In this document: positions 48,560-59,800 of the stretch, in pieces
Numbering within the stretch: position 1 is the stretch's first letter
Layout of the letters: each line of letters starts with the position of its first letter
Assembly (NCBI GenBank): GCA_963746775.1
Contig: CAVVCK010000001.1
Coordinates: 275,050-339,049 of the forward strand
Direction of reading: 5' to 3'
Source: an uncultured bacterium
GTDB lineage: Bacteria > Patescibacteriota > JABMPQ01 > CAVVCK01
DNA: 64,000 nt
Program-made: the position numbers and the translations under genes
The notes under the pieces: generated by a model
Told to the model about the DNA's origin: nothing
Databases searched by the model: none
Seen by the model: only the letters and a program-made list of their open reading frames with translations

Positions 48560-49063
48560 ATGCTTTCTAGGCTGATCTTTTTGGTTGTTTCTTTCACTTT
48601 ACTAGCTGCTATTTGCCCCCAGCACCAGTATATTACATCGAACCACAACAACAATCCCAGCTCCAGCCGCTACCTCAAACGCAATCTCCTGTTTATCAGG
48701 AGAACTACCCAACGAGATACTATCAAACCTACCGACAACCATACACCTACCAACCAACATACTACCACAACTACAACAGACATTATTCAACACCACCTCA
48801 ACGCCACTACTATAGACCTGCACCTCGATACTACCACAGACCGACTACACCACCAGTTCAACACCACTATTCAAGTCCACCTCGTAGAAGTTACAGACCA
48901 CCACCCCAGCGCTATAGACCAACCCCAAGACCTCGATTTCGCCCTCCTCCTCAGTACCGCCGCCACCGAGGCCATCATGACCACGACAGAGGTGGTGGTG
49001 GACATCACCGCCGTCATTAGCTCCTTCCCCCAAAGACCCACCTCGCGGTCTTTTTTCATTTAA
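48560..49063 (+). CDS. Putative secreted low-complexity protein. The frame is uncertain because an overlapping P/Y/Q/R-rich frame at 48613-49020 is equally open.
   Basis: A strong SD (aggagaaaatcATG) and a signal-peptide-like N-terminus are followed by T/H/D-rich low complexity. The local DNA is C/A-rich, about 50% GC, unlike the rest of the window. Confidence 0.3.
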   Translation: MLSRLIFLVVSFTLLAAICPQHQYITSNHNNNPSSSRYLKRNLLFIRRTTQRDTIKPTDNHTPTNQHTTTTTTDIIQHHLNATTIDLHLDTTTDRLHHQFNTTIQVHLVEVTDHHPSAIDQPQDLDFALLLSTAATEAIMTTTEVVVDITAVISSFPQRPTSRSFFI

Positions 49064-49130
49064 TAATAATCTTGTCTTTTTTTAACTTTATGCTAAACTA
49101 AATTCAATTAAAAACTATTTATTTTAAATT

Positions 49131-49418
49131 ATGCCCATAAAAGAAGCTGGTAAAAAAGCCTTAAGACAATCTAGGAAAAGAAATAAAATCAATACTGCAG
49201 CCAGAAGAAAACTGCACGAAACTATTAAAAAACTTGATGTTTTAATCAAAGGAAATAAAGCCGAAGAAGCCAAAAAATTACTTCAAACTTGCTATACGCT
49301 ACTCGATAAAGCTGCTAAGAATAATATTATTAAGAAAAATACGGCTTCTAGGAAGAAATCAAGATTAACTAAAGCCTTAAATAAAGCTGGAACTAAAAAA
49401 GAAGAAAAGAAAAAATAA
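49131..49418 (+). CDS. rpsT: 30S ribosomal protein S20.
   Basis: MPIKEAGKKALRQSRKRNKINTAARRKL... is a typical bS20 N-terminus, with basic helical composition. Confidence 0.85.
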   Translation: MPIKEAGKKALRQSRKRNKINTAARRKLHETIKKLDVLIKGNKAEEAKKLLQTCYTLLDKAAKNNIIKKNTASRKKSRLTKALNKAGTKKEEKKK

Positions 49419-49444
49419 ATTAATTATAATTTTAAAGTTTAAAA

Positions 49445-49472
49445 AGACCTTATTTAAAAGGTCTTTTTTTTA
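49445..49472 (+). terminator. Terminator.
   Basis: aaaaagaccttatttaaaaggtcttttttt. Confidence 0.6.
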
Positions 49473-49523
49473 ATTAAATAATATTAAATTTTAAAAATAA
49501 TATATCACTGTGTAAACTTTTAT

Positions 49524-50480
49524 TTAATTTCCACAAAACTTCATCACTAACATATCTAAAAGCAATTTTTTATTAAAAGCCCCACCAGTTTTAAAAGATA
49601 TATCAGCTTCAAGTAAATCATGGTACATTATTTTTAATTTCTCTAAATTAAAACTATTAATTTGAGATATGGTTTTCTTTACTACATAAGGATGAAGCTT
49701 AGCCTGACTAGCTATTCCCTGCTGATCAATGCCTTGCTCACTCAAACTTTTTATAATTATCAAATTTCTTAATTGATACGAAATCATAGTTAACAGATAT
49801 ATTTCATTTTGCCCCTGCTCTATCTGTTCATGTAATAATTTCAAAGCTGCACTTTTATCCCTACGACCCAGAGCATCTACAAAATTAAAAATATTATCAT
49901 CTAGCTTTGCCTTAACTTGCGAATCAACATCTTTTTCTACAATTTCTTCTCCTAATCTATAAGCAATTAATTTGTCTATTTCGCAATTCATTTGACTTAA
50001 ATTATTACCAACAAAAGCACCAAGTTTTGATACTGCTCCCCTGCTTATTTTTCCTCCTCTGATCTTTACTTCATTATCAATCCACTGATTTAATTGATAA
50101 CCATAAAAAGGATTAAATTCTTCCACTCTACCAACTTTATTTAACAATTTATAAAGTCGGGTATTTTTTTTAACTTTATTACTTTCAAATAAGATAACAT
50201 TATTACTCTCAGGTATTTCTTTATTAGCAATCAAATCATAGAATTTTTCCTGGATACTTTTATAACCCTTAGATATTAAATTATTAATTATAATTAATCT
50301 TGATTTAGCTAAAAATGGCTGAGCTTGGATGGCTTCTTTTATGCTTTTATATTCTACATCTTCAATATCAAAAGTAGCTAAATTTATTTTAGATGGATCT
50401 TGTTTAATAAAATTTGCTTTAATTTTATTTAACCTTTGGCGAGATTGATATTTGTCTTCGCCGTATATTAAGTAGATCAT
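49524..50480 (-). CDS. holA: DNA polymerase III delta subunit.
   Basis: MIYLIYGEDKY... N-terminus and AAA+-like clamp-loader delta architecture, about 320 aa. Confidence 0.75.
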   Translation of the reverse strand: MIYLIYGEDKYQSRQRLNKIKANFIKQDPSKINLATFDIEDVEYKSIKEAIQAQPFLAKSRLIIINNLISKGYKSIQEKFYDLIANKEIPESNNVILFESNKVKKNTRLYKLLNKVGRVEEFNPFYGYQLNQWIDNEVKIRGGKISRGAVSKLGAFVGNNLSQMNCEIDKLIAYRLGEEIVEKDVDSQVKAKLDDNIFNFVDALGRRDKSAALKLLHEQIEQGQNEIYLLTMISYQLRNLIIIKSLSEQGIDQQGIASQAKLHPYVVKKTISQINSFNLEKLKIMYHDLLEADISFKTGGAFNKKLLLDMLVMKFCGN

Positions 50481-50492
50481 GTTTTTTTCTTT

Positions 50493-50513
50493 CCCCTCCT
50501 TACCAAGGAGGGG
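50493..50513. repeat. GC-rich hairpin cccctcctt-acc-aaggagggg (left flank of the DUF559 remnant). It overlaps the holA ribosome-binding site.
   Basis: Perfect 9-bp stem. It is related to the element at 50914-50943. Confidence 0.5.
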
Positions 50514-50537
50514 TAGGGGTGGTTTACAAATGTGATT

Positions 50538-50883
50538 TCAAATACCTTTTAGTACTCTTTCTAAATCATAATATATTTCTAGATTGGTAAAGCGTAAAAT
50601 ATTAAATCCTATAGATTTTATATATTCTTCTCTTTTATTATCATATTCTCGAGCGTAATTATCAATAAAATGAGAATCACCATCTAGTTCTATAATAAGT
50701 TTTTCTCTAGGACAACAAAAGTCTGTTATATATTTACCAATACTATACTGTCTTCTGAATTTATAACCTAGTATCTTTTTTTCCTTTCAATTCATACCAT
50801 GACAATATTTCAGCTGGAGGCATATTACTTATTAATCCTTGTCTTTTCTTTTTTATTTCATTCTTATTGAATATTTTGGTCAT
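50538..50883 (-). pseudogene. DUF559 / Vsr-like PD-(D/E)xK endonuclease domain gene with a single frameshift in an A7 homopolymer.
   Basis: Frame 1 gives MTKIFNKNEIKKKRQGLISNMPPAEILSWYELKGKKDTRL*. The shifted frame gives GYKFRRQYSIGKYITDFCCPREKLIIELDGDSHFIDNYAREYDNKREEYIKSIGFNILRFTNLEIYYDLERVLKGI*. Together they match the DUF559 consensus (LR..MT.aE..LW, kFRRQ.piG.Y.vDF.c, ElDG..H, vlRf.N.ev). Confidence 0.7.
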
Positions 50884-50913
50884 CTATCTTAAATCGCAAG
50901 AACATTGTGAAAA

Positions 50914-50943
50914 CCCCTCCTACCTCCCCTTGGTAAGAGGAGG
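50914..50943. repeat. GC-rich imperfect hairpin cccctcctacc...ggtaagaggagg (right flank), just after the polA stop.
   Basis: Shares cccctcct(t)acc and aggagg arms with 50493-50513. Confidence 0.5.
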
Positions 50944-50945
50944 AA

Positions 50946-53705
50946 TTAAATTTTCAAATCCTCCATACTTCCCCAACTATCCCCCACCTCCATATCAATC
51001 TTCAAAGGTATATCTAACTTATAAATATTTTCCATTATATTTTTAATTTTTTCAGCATATTTTTCTAACTTATCCTCTTTTATTTCAAAAATCAATTCAT
51101 CATGTACTTGTAAAATCATTTTTAAATCACTATTATTCTTATCTAAATTAAATTCTTCAAAAATTTTAATCATAGCTAACTTTATAATATCAGCCGCTGT
51201 CCCTTGTAAGGGCATGTTAACAGCCATACGTTCCGCTGCTGCTCGAAGCATTGGTTGTTTAGCTGTAATTTCAGGTAAATATCTTCTTCTACCTAATTGT
51301 GTTTCTACATACCCCTTTTTATTAGCAAATTCCAAAGTCTCTTCTGTATATTTTTTTATACTCGGAAAAGTTTTAAAATATTTATCAATAAAATCTTTTG
51401 CTTCATCTCGACTTATCTCTAAATTTCTTGAAAGCGCACCCGAACCCATACCATAAATTACTCCAAAATTAATAGTCTTAGCAAATCTTCTTTCATCATA
51501 ATCTATATCGCCTATATCCTTGCCAAAAACTAGGGAAGCAGTTCTTTTGTGAATATCTTCATCATTTTTAAAAGCTTCCATTAAATTTTCATCTTTAGAC
51601 ATTTGCGCTACTAATCGAAGTTCGATTTGGGAATAATCGGCTGATAACAATTTACAACCAGATTCTGCCACAAAAGCTTTTCTAATTTCTCTGCCTATTT
51701 CCGTTCGAATAGGAATATTTTGAATATTAGGATCAGAAGATGACAGCCTGCCGGTAGAGGTTATAGTTTGGTTAAAAGAAGTGTGAATCCGTCCTGTTTT
51801 AGAATTAATTAATTTAGGTAAAGCATCGATATAGGTATTTTTCAATTTATTATGCTCCCGATATTCTTCAATTAGAGGAATAATAGGATGAGCACCATGT
51901 AATTTTAAAAGTTCCGGAGCTGCCGTCGAATAACCTAGGGTTGTTTTCTTGATCCCTTTGGTGGGAATTTTTAATTTTTCAAATAAAATTACCGATAACT
52001 GCTGGGTAGAATTAATATTAAAATCTGAGGTCCTCGCTTGCTCATAAATTTTCTTTTCTAAGCTCGCTAGTTTATTAGCAAAGCTATCAGAAAGTTTTTC
52101 TAAAAATTTACTGTCTACTTTTATCCCATCCATTTCCATATAGGCCAAGACATTCAGTAAAGGCATTTCAATATCCTGAAATACTTTTTGCAACTTTTTT
52201 TCTTTGATTAATTTTTTAAAAAATATTTCCTTGAGTCGGTAAGTATAATCAGCATCTTCACAAGAGTAATAAGCCAATTTCTCTAAATCAACTTCTCCTA
52301 TTTTAATTTTACTCTTTCCTTTGCCAACCAATTCATCATAGCTCATCATTTGATGGCCTAATTCCTGAAAAGCTAAATTATCTAAAGAATTTCCTCTGGA
52401 ATTAGATGACAAAATATAGGAAGCAATCATGGTATCAAAATCTATATTAGATAATTCTAAGCCATAATTTTTTAAAACTATTAAATCATATTTACCATTT
52501 TGGGCAATCTTTTTTATATCTTTATTTTCTAAAATTATTTCTAGCTTATTTTTCAGATCTTCAAATTTATCAATAACATTTCTCGGCAAATACCAGGAGT
52601 TATTCTCTACCGAAAACGATATGCCAACTAATTCAGCTTCAACTGGTTTTACACTGGTCGTCTCGGTATCTATAGCAAATTCTTCAACTTTTTCTAAAAT
52701 ATTTATTAAATTTTTAAATTTTTCCTTACTATCAACTAATTCATAATTGAATTTTCTCAAATCTATTTTTTCTTTTGCATCTTTACTTTCTCCCATTAAG
52801 AGACTTTGCTGTTTTCCATCTGATTTACTTTCTGGCAACCTGGAAAGTAAACTTCTAAATTCTAATTCTCTTAAAAGTTCAATCACCTTATCTTTGTCAT
52901 AATCCTTAACTTCACACTCTTTTAAATCTATTTTTAAGTCCATATCAATTATAATCGTTGCTAATTCCTTGCTCATTCTGGCCTGCTTTTCTTGCTCTAG
53001 TAAAATTTTTCTAATTCGATCTGATACCCCTTCAATTTTTTCTGACTTTTTTAATTCTTTATATAAATTTTCAATAGTACTAAATCTTTGCAATAAAATA
53101 GAGGCAGTCTTCTCGCCTATTCCTTTTACTCCGGGAATATTATCAGAAGGATCGCCTCGAAGGCCTTTGTAATCAATTAACTGCTCTGGTGTAATACCAA
53201 ATCTCTCTATTACCTTTTTTTCATCGTAAAATACTGTGTCCTGCATACCACGACGCATAGTATAAACCTTGGTATTATTATCCACTAATTGTAATTCGTC
53301 CAAATCACCGGTAACAATAATATTATTTATTTTTATTTTCTTAGATAAAGTTCCAATTATATCATCAGCTTCATACCCTTGTTTCTCATAAATGGGAATA
53401 TTAAAAGCTTCAACTATTTGTTTAATTCTCGTAATTTGATCATATAATTCCTGGGGAGCTTTTACTCTGGTTGCCTTATATTCTTTGTACATTTTATGTC
53501 TAAAAGTAGGCCCCTTCATATCAAAAGCAACCGCAATATGAGTCGGCTTTATATCTTCTATAGCTTTAAGTAAAATAGAGGTAAAACCAAAAACAGAATT
53601 AACTAATTCACCGGATTTCGTAGTTAAAGGAGGAATGGCGTGATAGGCCCGATGAATTAAGGCATTGCCGTCTATGAGAACAAATTTAGATTTATTTTTT
53701 GTCAT
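50946..53705 (-). CDS. polA: DNA polymerase I.
   Basis: 5'-3' exonuclease N-terminus (LIDGNALIHRAYHA), 3'-5' exo-like middle, and polymerase motifs A (DYSQIELR), B (RRxAKxxNFGxxYG) and C (QVHDE). Confidence 0.9.
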   Translation of the reverse strand: MTKNKSKFVLIDGNALIHRAYHAIPPLTTKSGELVNSVFGFTSILLKAIEDIKPTHIAVAFDMKGPTFRHKMYKEYKATRVKAPQELYDQITRIKQIVEAFNIPIYEKQGYEADDIIGTLSKKIKINNIIVTGDLDELQLVDNNTKVYTMRRGMQDTVFYDEKKVIERFGITPEQLIDYKGLRGDPSDNIPGVKGIGEKTASILLQRFSTIENLYKELKKSEKIEGVSDRIRKILLEQEKQARMSKELATIIIDMDLKIDLKECEVKDYDKDKVIELLRELEFRSLLSRLPESKSDGKQQSLLMGESKDAKEKIDLRKFNYELVDSKEKFKNLINILEKVEEFAIDTETTSVKPVEAELVGISFSVENNSWYLPRNVIDKFEDLKNKLEIILENKDIKKIAQNGKYDLIVLKNYGLELSNIDFDTMIASYILSSNSRGNSLDNLAFQELGHQMMSYDELVGKGKSKIKIGEVDLEKLAYYSCEDADYTYRLKEIFFKKLIKEKKLQKVFQDIEMPLLNVLAYMEMDGIKVDSKFLEKLSDSFANKLASLEKKIYEQARTSDFNINSTQQLSVILFEKLKIPTKGIKKTTLGYSTAAPELLKLHGAHPIIPLIEEYREHNKLKNTYIDALPKLINSKTGRIHTSFNQTITSTGRLSSSDPNIQNIPIRTEIGREIRKAFVAESGCKLLSADYSQIELRLVAQMSKDENLMEAFKNDEDIHKRTASLVFGKDIGDIDYDERRFAKTINFGVIYGMGSGALSRNLEISRDEAKDFIDKYFKTFPSIKKYTEETLEFANKKGYVETQLGRRRYLPEITAKQPMLRAAAERMAVNMPLQGTAADIIKLAMIKIFEEFNLDKNNSDLKMILQVHDELIFEIKEDKLEKYAEKIKNIMENIYKLDIPLKIDMEVGDSWGSMEDLKI

Positions 53706-53809
53706 ATATTTTATTTTATCTTATTAAAAAGGTTAAAACAAGTTTAAAAAAGACCTATTTTATATAATAGATCCTTTATAATTTGGTATTTGAATTTTGA
53801 AATTTTAAT

Positions 53810-56800
53810 CTATTCCTCCACCTCCACCTTCGTCCCCACCCCAACTATATAGAAGCCTTCATTAAGTAATTCGGAATCCTTAGAATAAAATCTGGCATGA
53901 GTAGGCCCTTGAATAGGAGTAATTATCATATCCTTTTCTTTTGAACCTCCTTGTAATTCGTCATTATGAAAATTAAATGCCTGCACTTTAGTCTTGCCAT
54001 CTGTATGCTCTGGATAGGCCATGAAGCCGGCAGTAATAGGTTGGCCCTCTTTATTAAATATCCTCACATGAGCAGAATACATTTGAGCTACTGTTATAAT
54101 TTCAGCCGGACCCGAAGTACTATCTAGGTCGGTGGCTTCTAAATCTATACCACCATGATAGGTTGGATCATAAGCGTAAAAATCAGGTCTTAATTTCTTA
54201 CCATTTTTATTAAATATTCTAACTACGCTGGATCCTTTCTTAGAACCTACAACTATTTCTTTCTCTCCACCTGTACCATCCAAATCAGCTACCGATAAAA
54301 CTATGCCTTGATTGTAATCAGTACTGTTTTTGTCAAAAGGAATAATGTCAGGAATAATTTGTTTTAGTTTTTTGGTCTCAGGGTCTTTACCATAAATCAT
54401 AATAGTATTATGGTCAGAGACTAATACTTCCTTAGCCCCATTATTATTTTCTAGATCTACTACATCCAAATCGAAAAGTATATCCTTAACTGATTGATAA
54501 TTCTGTAGATAAGGTAAAAAGGCAGTGATTGGAGACATGATTTCCTTACCGTCTCTATTAAAGACTTTGAGAATACCATCGGAAAAAAGAATAATAATCT
54601 CTAAATCACCACTGTCTTGATCTGGTCCTTCCAGATTAGCTATTTTAACTATACTGTTACCTCGGAAGGAGTCTTCTCGGGCGAAGAAGGAATTTAATAC
54701 CTTCCCGTCCTTATTGAAGATACGAATGTGGGCTGCTCCATCCATAGGAGAAGTTACTATTTCTTGTTCTCCTCCTGTTCCCTGAAGGTCACCCACAGCA
54801 ATGTTTACTCCATTGGTGTAGGATTTGTCATAAGCTAAAAAAGGAGGGGTTAAGATAAAGCCTTCTTTAGAATAGATTCTAACGTAGGGAGCACCACTTC
54901 GGGGAGCGGTGACTATTTCTTTAGTACCGTCGTAAGTTAAATCAGCTACTTCAATATTGGCTCCGTCATCTATTATGCCTTGTTCTTCTTCTAACCTAAT
55001 GTCTTCTTCTGTTTTGGTTGTTTGGGCACGCCAGATTTCAGTTACACCCTCTTCGGTTAAACTATCTACGGTAGGTTCTTCGGCTGGAGTAATTAAGAAG
55101 ATATAATCGGAAAGAATAGTTTGATTTTGAGCATAGTCGCGGATGCGGATTTCGAGAGTAACTTGTTCGTTTACTTCAAAGTCTCTTTCAGGAATAAGGG
55201 TTACTTTAAAATCAGAAGCCGACCCATCAAAGGCTTTGGTAATATTTTTATGTATTCCTGAACTTGAACCAGTAACAGTTGTACGCAAAGTTCCAATATC
55301 TACTCCGCTCTCGCTATCTTTGGCATGAAATGAAATAGTAGTATTAGGTGATATCTTTATAGCTCCCTTTTCCGGTGAAAGATCGGTAATAGTGGGCGGT
55401 GTAATATCACCGATTGCTCCACCTTCTTTAGTAGTGAAAGACCAGGCCGAAGTAGCAGAATTAGTTCCGTCAGACGCCAGAATAAAAACATTTACTTCTT
55501 GTAAATAATCAAAATCATTATCAGGATTAAGAGTTACATTATAACCTCCTGTACCATCAGAAGTAATGGTACAAGAATAATTACTCTCGCAAGAACCATT
55601 ATTTATAGCCGGACTGCCTTCAATTAAAACATTTAAAGTACTTATATTTATACCAGTATAAATATCATCTAATTCAAAATAAATATTGGTATCTATACCC
55701 ACATTAGTAGCTCCATCAGCCGGTGACTGATGAGAAATAGTAGGAGTTGTAACATCGGGATCAGCATCTGTCGTTCCAGAGTCCGTACCATCAAAAGCTG
55801 TCTCAATACCATCTTCATTGCGAGCCTTAGCGCGAGCAGTATAAGATGTTTCGGCACTAAGCCCAGTCACTGTGGTCGTCCCCCAGGCTGCTTTTGTCTG
55901 CCAAACCTCGCTGGCACCCAAAAATCCATCAGCTTGCACATAATAATCATTAGTACCATCAGATATTCGGATAGCATAAGTAGTATAAGCAGGATTACTA
56001 TCACTACCTAAGGTAACATCGAGAGAATTATTAGTAACATTACTAATGTTAGGTTGTCCGGGAACTTCTGCTAGAGTATAAAGACTATCCGTTCCGCCAA
56101 AAGCTGTTTCTACATCATCACCATTACGAGCTTTGGTCTGGAAATCATAGGAAGTATTAAGGCTAAGACCAGTTACAGTGACTGTACTCCAAGTAGCATT
56201 ATCTTGCCAGATAGCAGTAGCGCCTAGGGATCCATCAGCTTGTACGTAATTACCAGATCCAGTTTCTTGAATAGCAAATTCAGTATTACTAGGATTAGAA
56301 TTAACATCAAAAGCAACATCTAAAGTAGAGGTTGTAGGATTACTCACTACTAAAGCGCCAGGGGTATTAGCCGCAGTGTAGGTAACTATCTCCGTAGCGT
56401 TAGCTTTATTTCCATAACTATCATACGTCCAAATATTAGCTACATACTGGGTATTAACATTAAGAGGATTAGTCGTTGTGGTACCACCAGGAGTATATGC
56501 TCCAGTTGCAATAGTAGTATGCAGAGTATCCGTCTCAGTTACACCAGATGCTCCTTGTTTATAATAAATAGAATAATGATCTAGATTAGTATCACTGCCG
56601 GCTGCACCCAAGGTATAAATAATTGAGTTAGCAGTAATAGAATCAATCATTAAATTACCAGAGGTCGTGGGATCTACATTGTCAAGAGTCAAGGTTGTAT
56701 CAGCCGAAACAGAAGGAGTTAAACCGTTATGAGCAGTAGTCCTAACACAATAAGTACCGTCAGCTGCTGGCTCATCCGTAGCCGACAACCAATCAAAATC

Positions 56801-59800
56801 TACAGTGTTGGTACCCACATCAACCACCGAGACACTGCCTACTTGATATTCATTACTATTGTTAATAGTAGGGGTACCACTATCTGCGCTATATGTTCCC
56901 ACGGTAGTATCTATAGTGGGATCAGATGTTCCTGCTGAACAATCAGCACCTGCTTTGTATTCTAGTTTAGCAGATAAAATACCCGAAGTATTTAGATCAT
57001 CTAGTTCTAAACTTATATCAACTGCTCCAGTACCATCAGTTTTCTCTGCCACTGAATTGATAGCATTATACGAAGTAGCTATAATAAATGACATATTAGA
57101 TAAAATGGCAGTTTCTCCTTCATCAGCATGTAAATAAGCCCTAACGTTAAAATCACCTCCCAAAGATAAATTTGCTAAACAAGTATTCGTAATACCAATA
57201 GCTGTATTAGTCTGAGCATAGTCATCAGCGGCTGAGGTTAGAGTATCCCCTACACAATAATTCCATGTAGTACCACCATCATCTGATATTTGATATCTTA
57301 CTTCGCCAGTTCCAGAAGAAGTAGCATTAAAATTATAAACCGAGTAAAAAGAATGAGAAGCATCAAATACTATTTTCTGATCAATTGAAGAAGGAATATT
57401 TGTCTCGTCATCTAAAGTATAAAAAGTACTAGGATCCGATTGATTGGAATAAGCGGCTTTAATCCAGTTAGCATCTCTATTAGTACTAGAAACCCTTAAC
57501 TCGTCTATACTGCCATCAAAATATCTATTTGGTATATCATAATTATGGTTATAATAAGCGCCGCCTATTTTACCTATATTGTGCCAGGTATTAGAATCAT
57601 AAATAATAGTTCCGCTTGATCCTAGGCTTATAGTTTGTAATAAGCTGCCATTACGATAAAAATAGCCATTGTTTCCATCTTTAACTACAGACAATAATTG
57701 CCATTCGCCAGTAGTATAAGCTCCAGGACTCGTTTCTGTTGTATCATCATCATTGTCACCGTTTATATCAAAAACAATAGTTCGATTATTAGTATCACCC
57801 GAAAGACCAAACATCCAGCCAGAATCTGTGCCAGGTATATCATACCTATTATCAAATATCACACCGGCATCATCAGAATCAGAATAAATCCAAGCTGATA
57901 TACTAAAAGATTCGGTAGTAAAATCAGTATTAGCACCAGAAGTTACACTATAAAAAGAACTAGAACCATTAAAAGTATCAGCTCCATCAAGCCAAGTTGG
58001 ACCACTAACATCCTGGGTAACACTAGTAGGAGTTGCGGTATTAGAATTAGCGGAATCATCTATATTTCCTGAAGTCTCATTCATATGCCAAACAGTTTCA
58101 AAATTACCATCCCCACTCCAAGTACCACTCACATTTTCCTGACTGCCAATAGTATTATTACCATAATACATATATATTTCAGTACCTAAGGCTAAAGAAG
58201 GAATGTTAACCCAAGCAACTAGCTCACCAGTTGCTCCATCAAAATATTCTATCTCATGATCTAATTTTACATCTGCCATAGAAGCAAATAATATATCCTC
58301 ACCATTACTCTGAGCATCCGCTGCTAGATCTGAATCAGAAGATAAGGAAATCAGTACAGGAAAATTAGTCTGAGTTGCCGGCAGTAAAGAACTGTTGTTA
58401 GTAAAAGTAATCTTTTTACGCGAAGCCCAATCAATATCGTACCAATCACTAGAATATGAAAACTGAGCATCTCCTGCTGAATAAGTAATGTCATCATCAA
58501 CAGTATATAAATCATCACTATAAAAATTTCTACTTATAGGTAAATATCCCGGATCGGTTTGAATAGTAAAATTATTTTCACTAGTATAGCAAGTATTGCT
58601 GCCATCATTATTACTACAAACTCTTAATTTAACAGTTGTACTGGATATATTAGGAATTGTCCAAACATAAGATTTTATTTCTGTGGGCGCACTAGTCGAG
58701 ATAACCGAAGAAGTTACTTCTGTTGAAGATCCAAAGTCATCTGTTGAATAATATATGTTTACCGTCTCATTACTCTCCCCACCAGATGAACCCCATAAAA
58801 TAGGTACTTGCTGTCCCTGCCCCACTGTTCCTCCTTGATCAAAGTTATATAATTCTATTGCCCTAGGTGCATAAAAGGTAGATTCCGTTGATGACCAAAT
58901 CCCAGCCCCATAAGCATTGCTAAATCTTATGCGCCAATAATAGGTTGTATTATATGATAATTGAGATCCATCATAAGTTATATTACCGCTCCTAACTCCA
59001 TCAGCTATATCGACAATATCAACATTACTTGACCACAAGGTAGAAGAAAAATCAGAGTTATCATCCACTTCTATATCTGCTGTAATACAATTACCAGACG
59101 GTGTATTACAGATAGCAGAAAAAACTGGAGTTAAATCTGTTATATTGGTAGGATTAATATCACCAGTTGAAGCATCAGTGCTATGCGAATACAAAATATC
59201 AGGAGCCGAAGGAGATAGTTGTGATGAGGAAAATAAACCATCGCTGCCATTTACTCCACCACCAGAAGTAGTACCGCCAGTTCGAGTAACATTTCCTGAA
59301 TTAATACTATTTGAGATAATATACTCTAATAAGACACATCCCCCTCCCCCTCCCCCTCCACCATTCGAAGTATTTCCACCAGTTACCGTAAAACTAGCAG
59401 GTGTGCCAGCTATAGTATCAGCACTAATTTTTACACCACCACCTGCTCCACCCCCAGAATAGCCACTAGCAGCAGCGTTACTGCCATCAGCCGTAATAGT
59501 ACCATCAATAGTTGCAGTTCCGCTAACATCAAAAATAATTAGACCACCACCATTACCAGTATTATAGTTACTGCCTGCATAAGTTGTTCTCCCACCACCA
59601 GAACCCATAGTATCAGGATCAGTAATATCACAATAAGCTGTACCACCAGCATCTCCTTCATCATCATTTCCTCCATTTCCACCATGCGCTCCTCCACTAC
59701 CACTATTTCCGGAACCAAGTATTCCTGGTCCTAATCCATAACCATCTCTATGACTAGTCGTACCACCATCATACCCTACTCCATCAACACTAGCTGAGGC

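Noticed and set aside
48613-49020. Calling the P/Y/Q/R-rich frame as the definite gene.
   Set aside because: It has no SD and starts inside the signal-peptide frame. It is kept as an alternative in the findings rather than as a feature.
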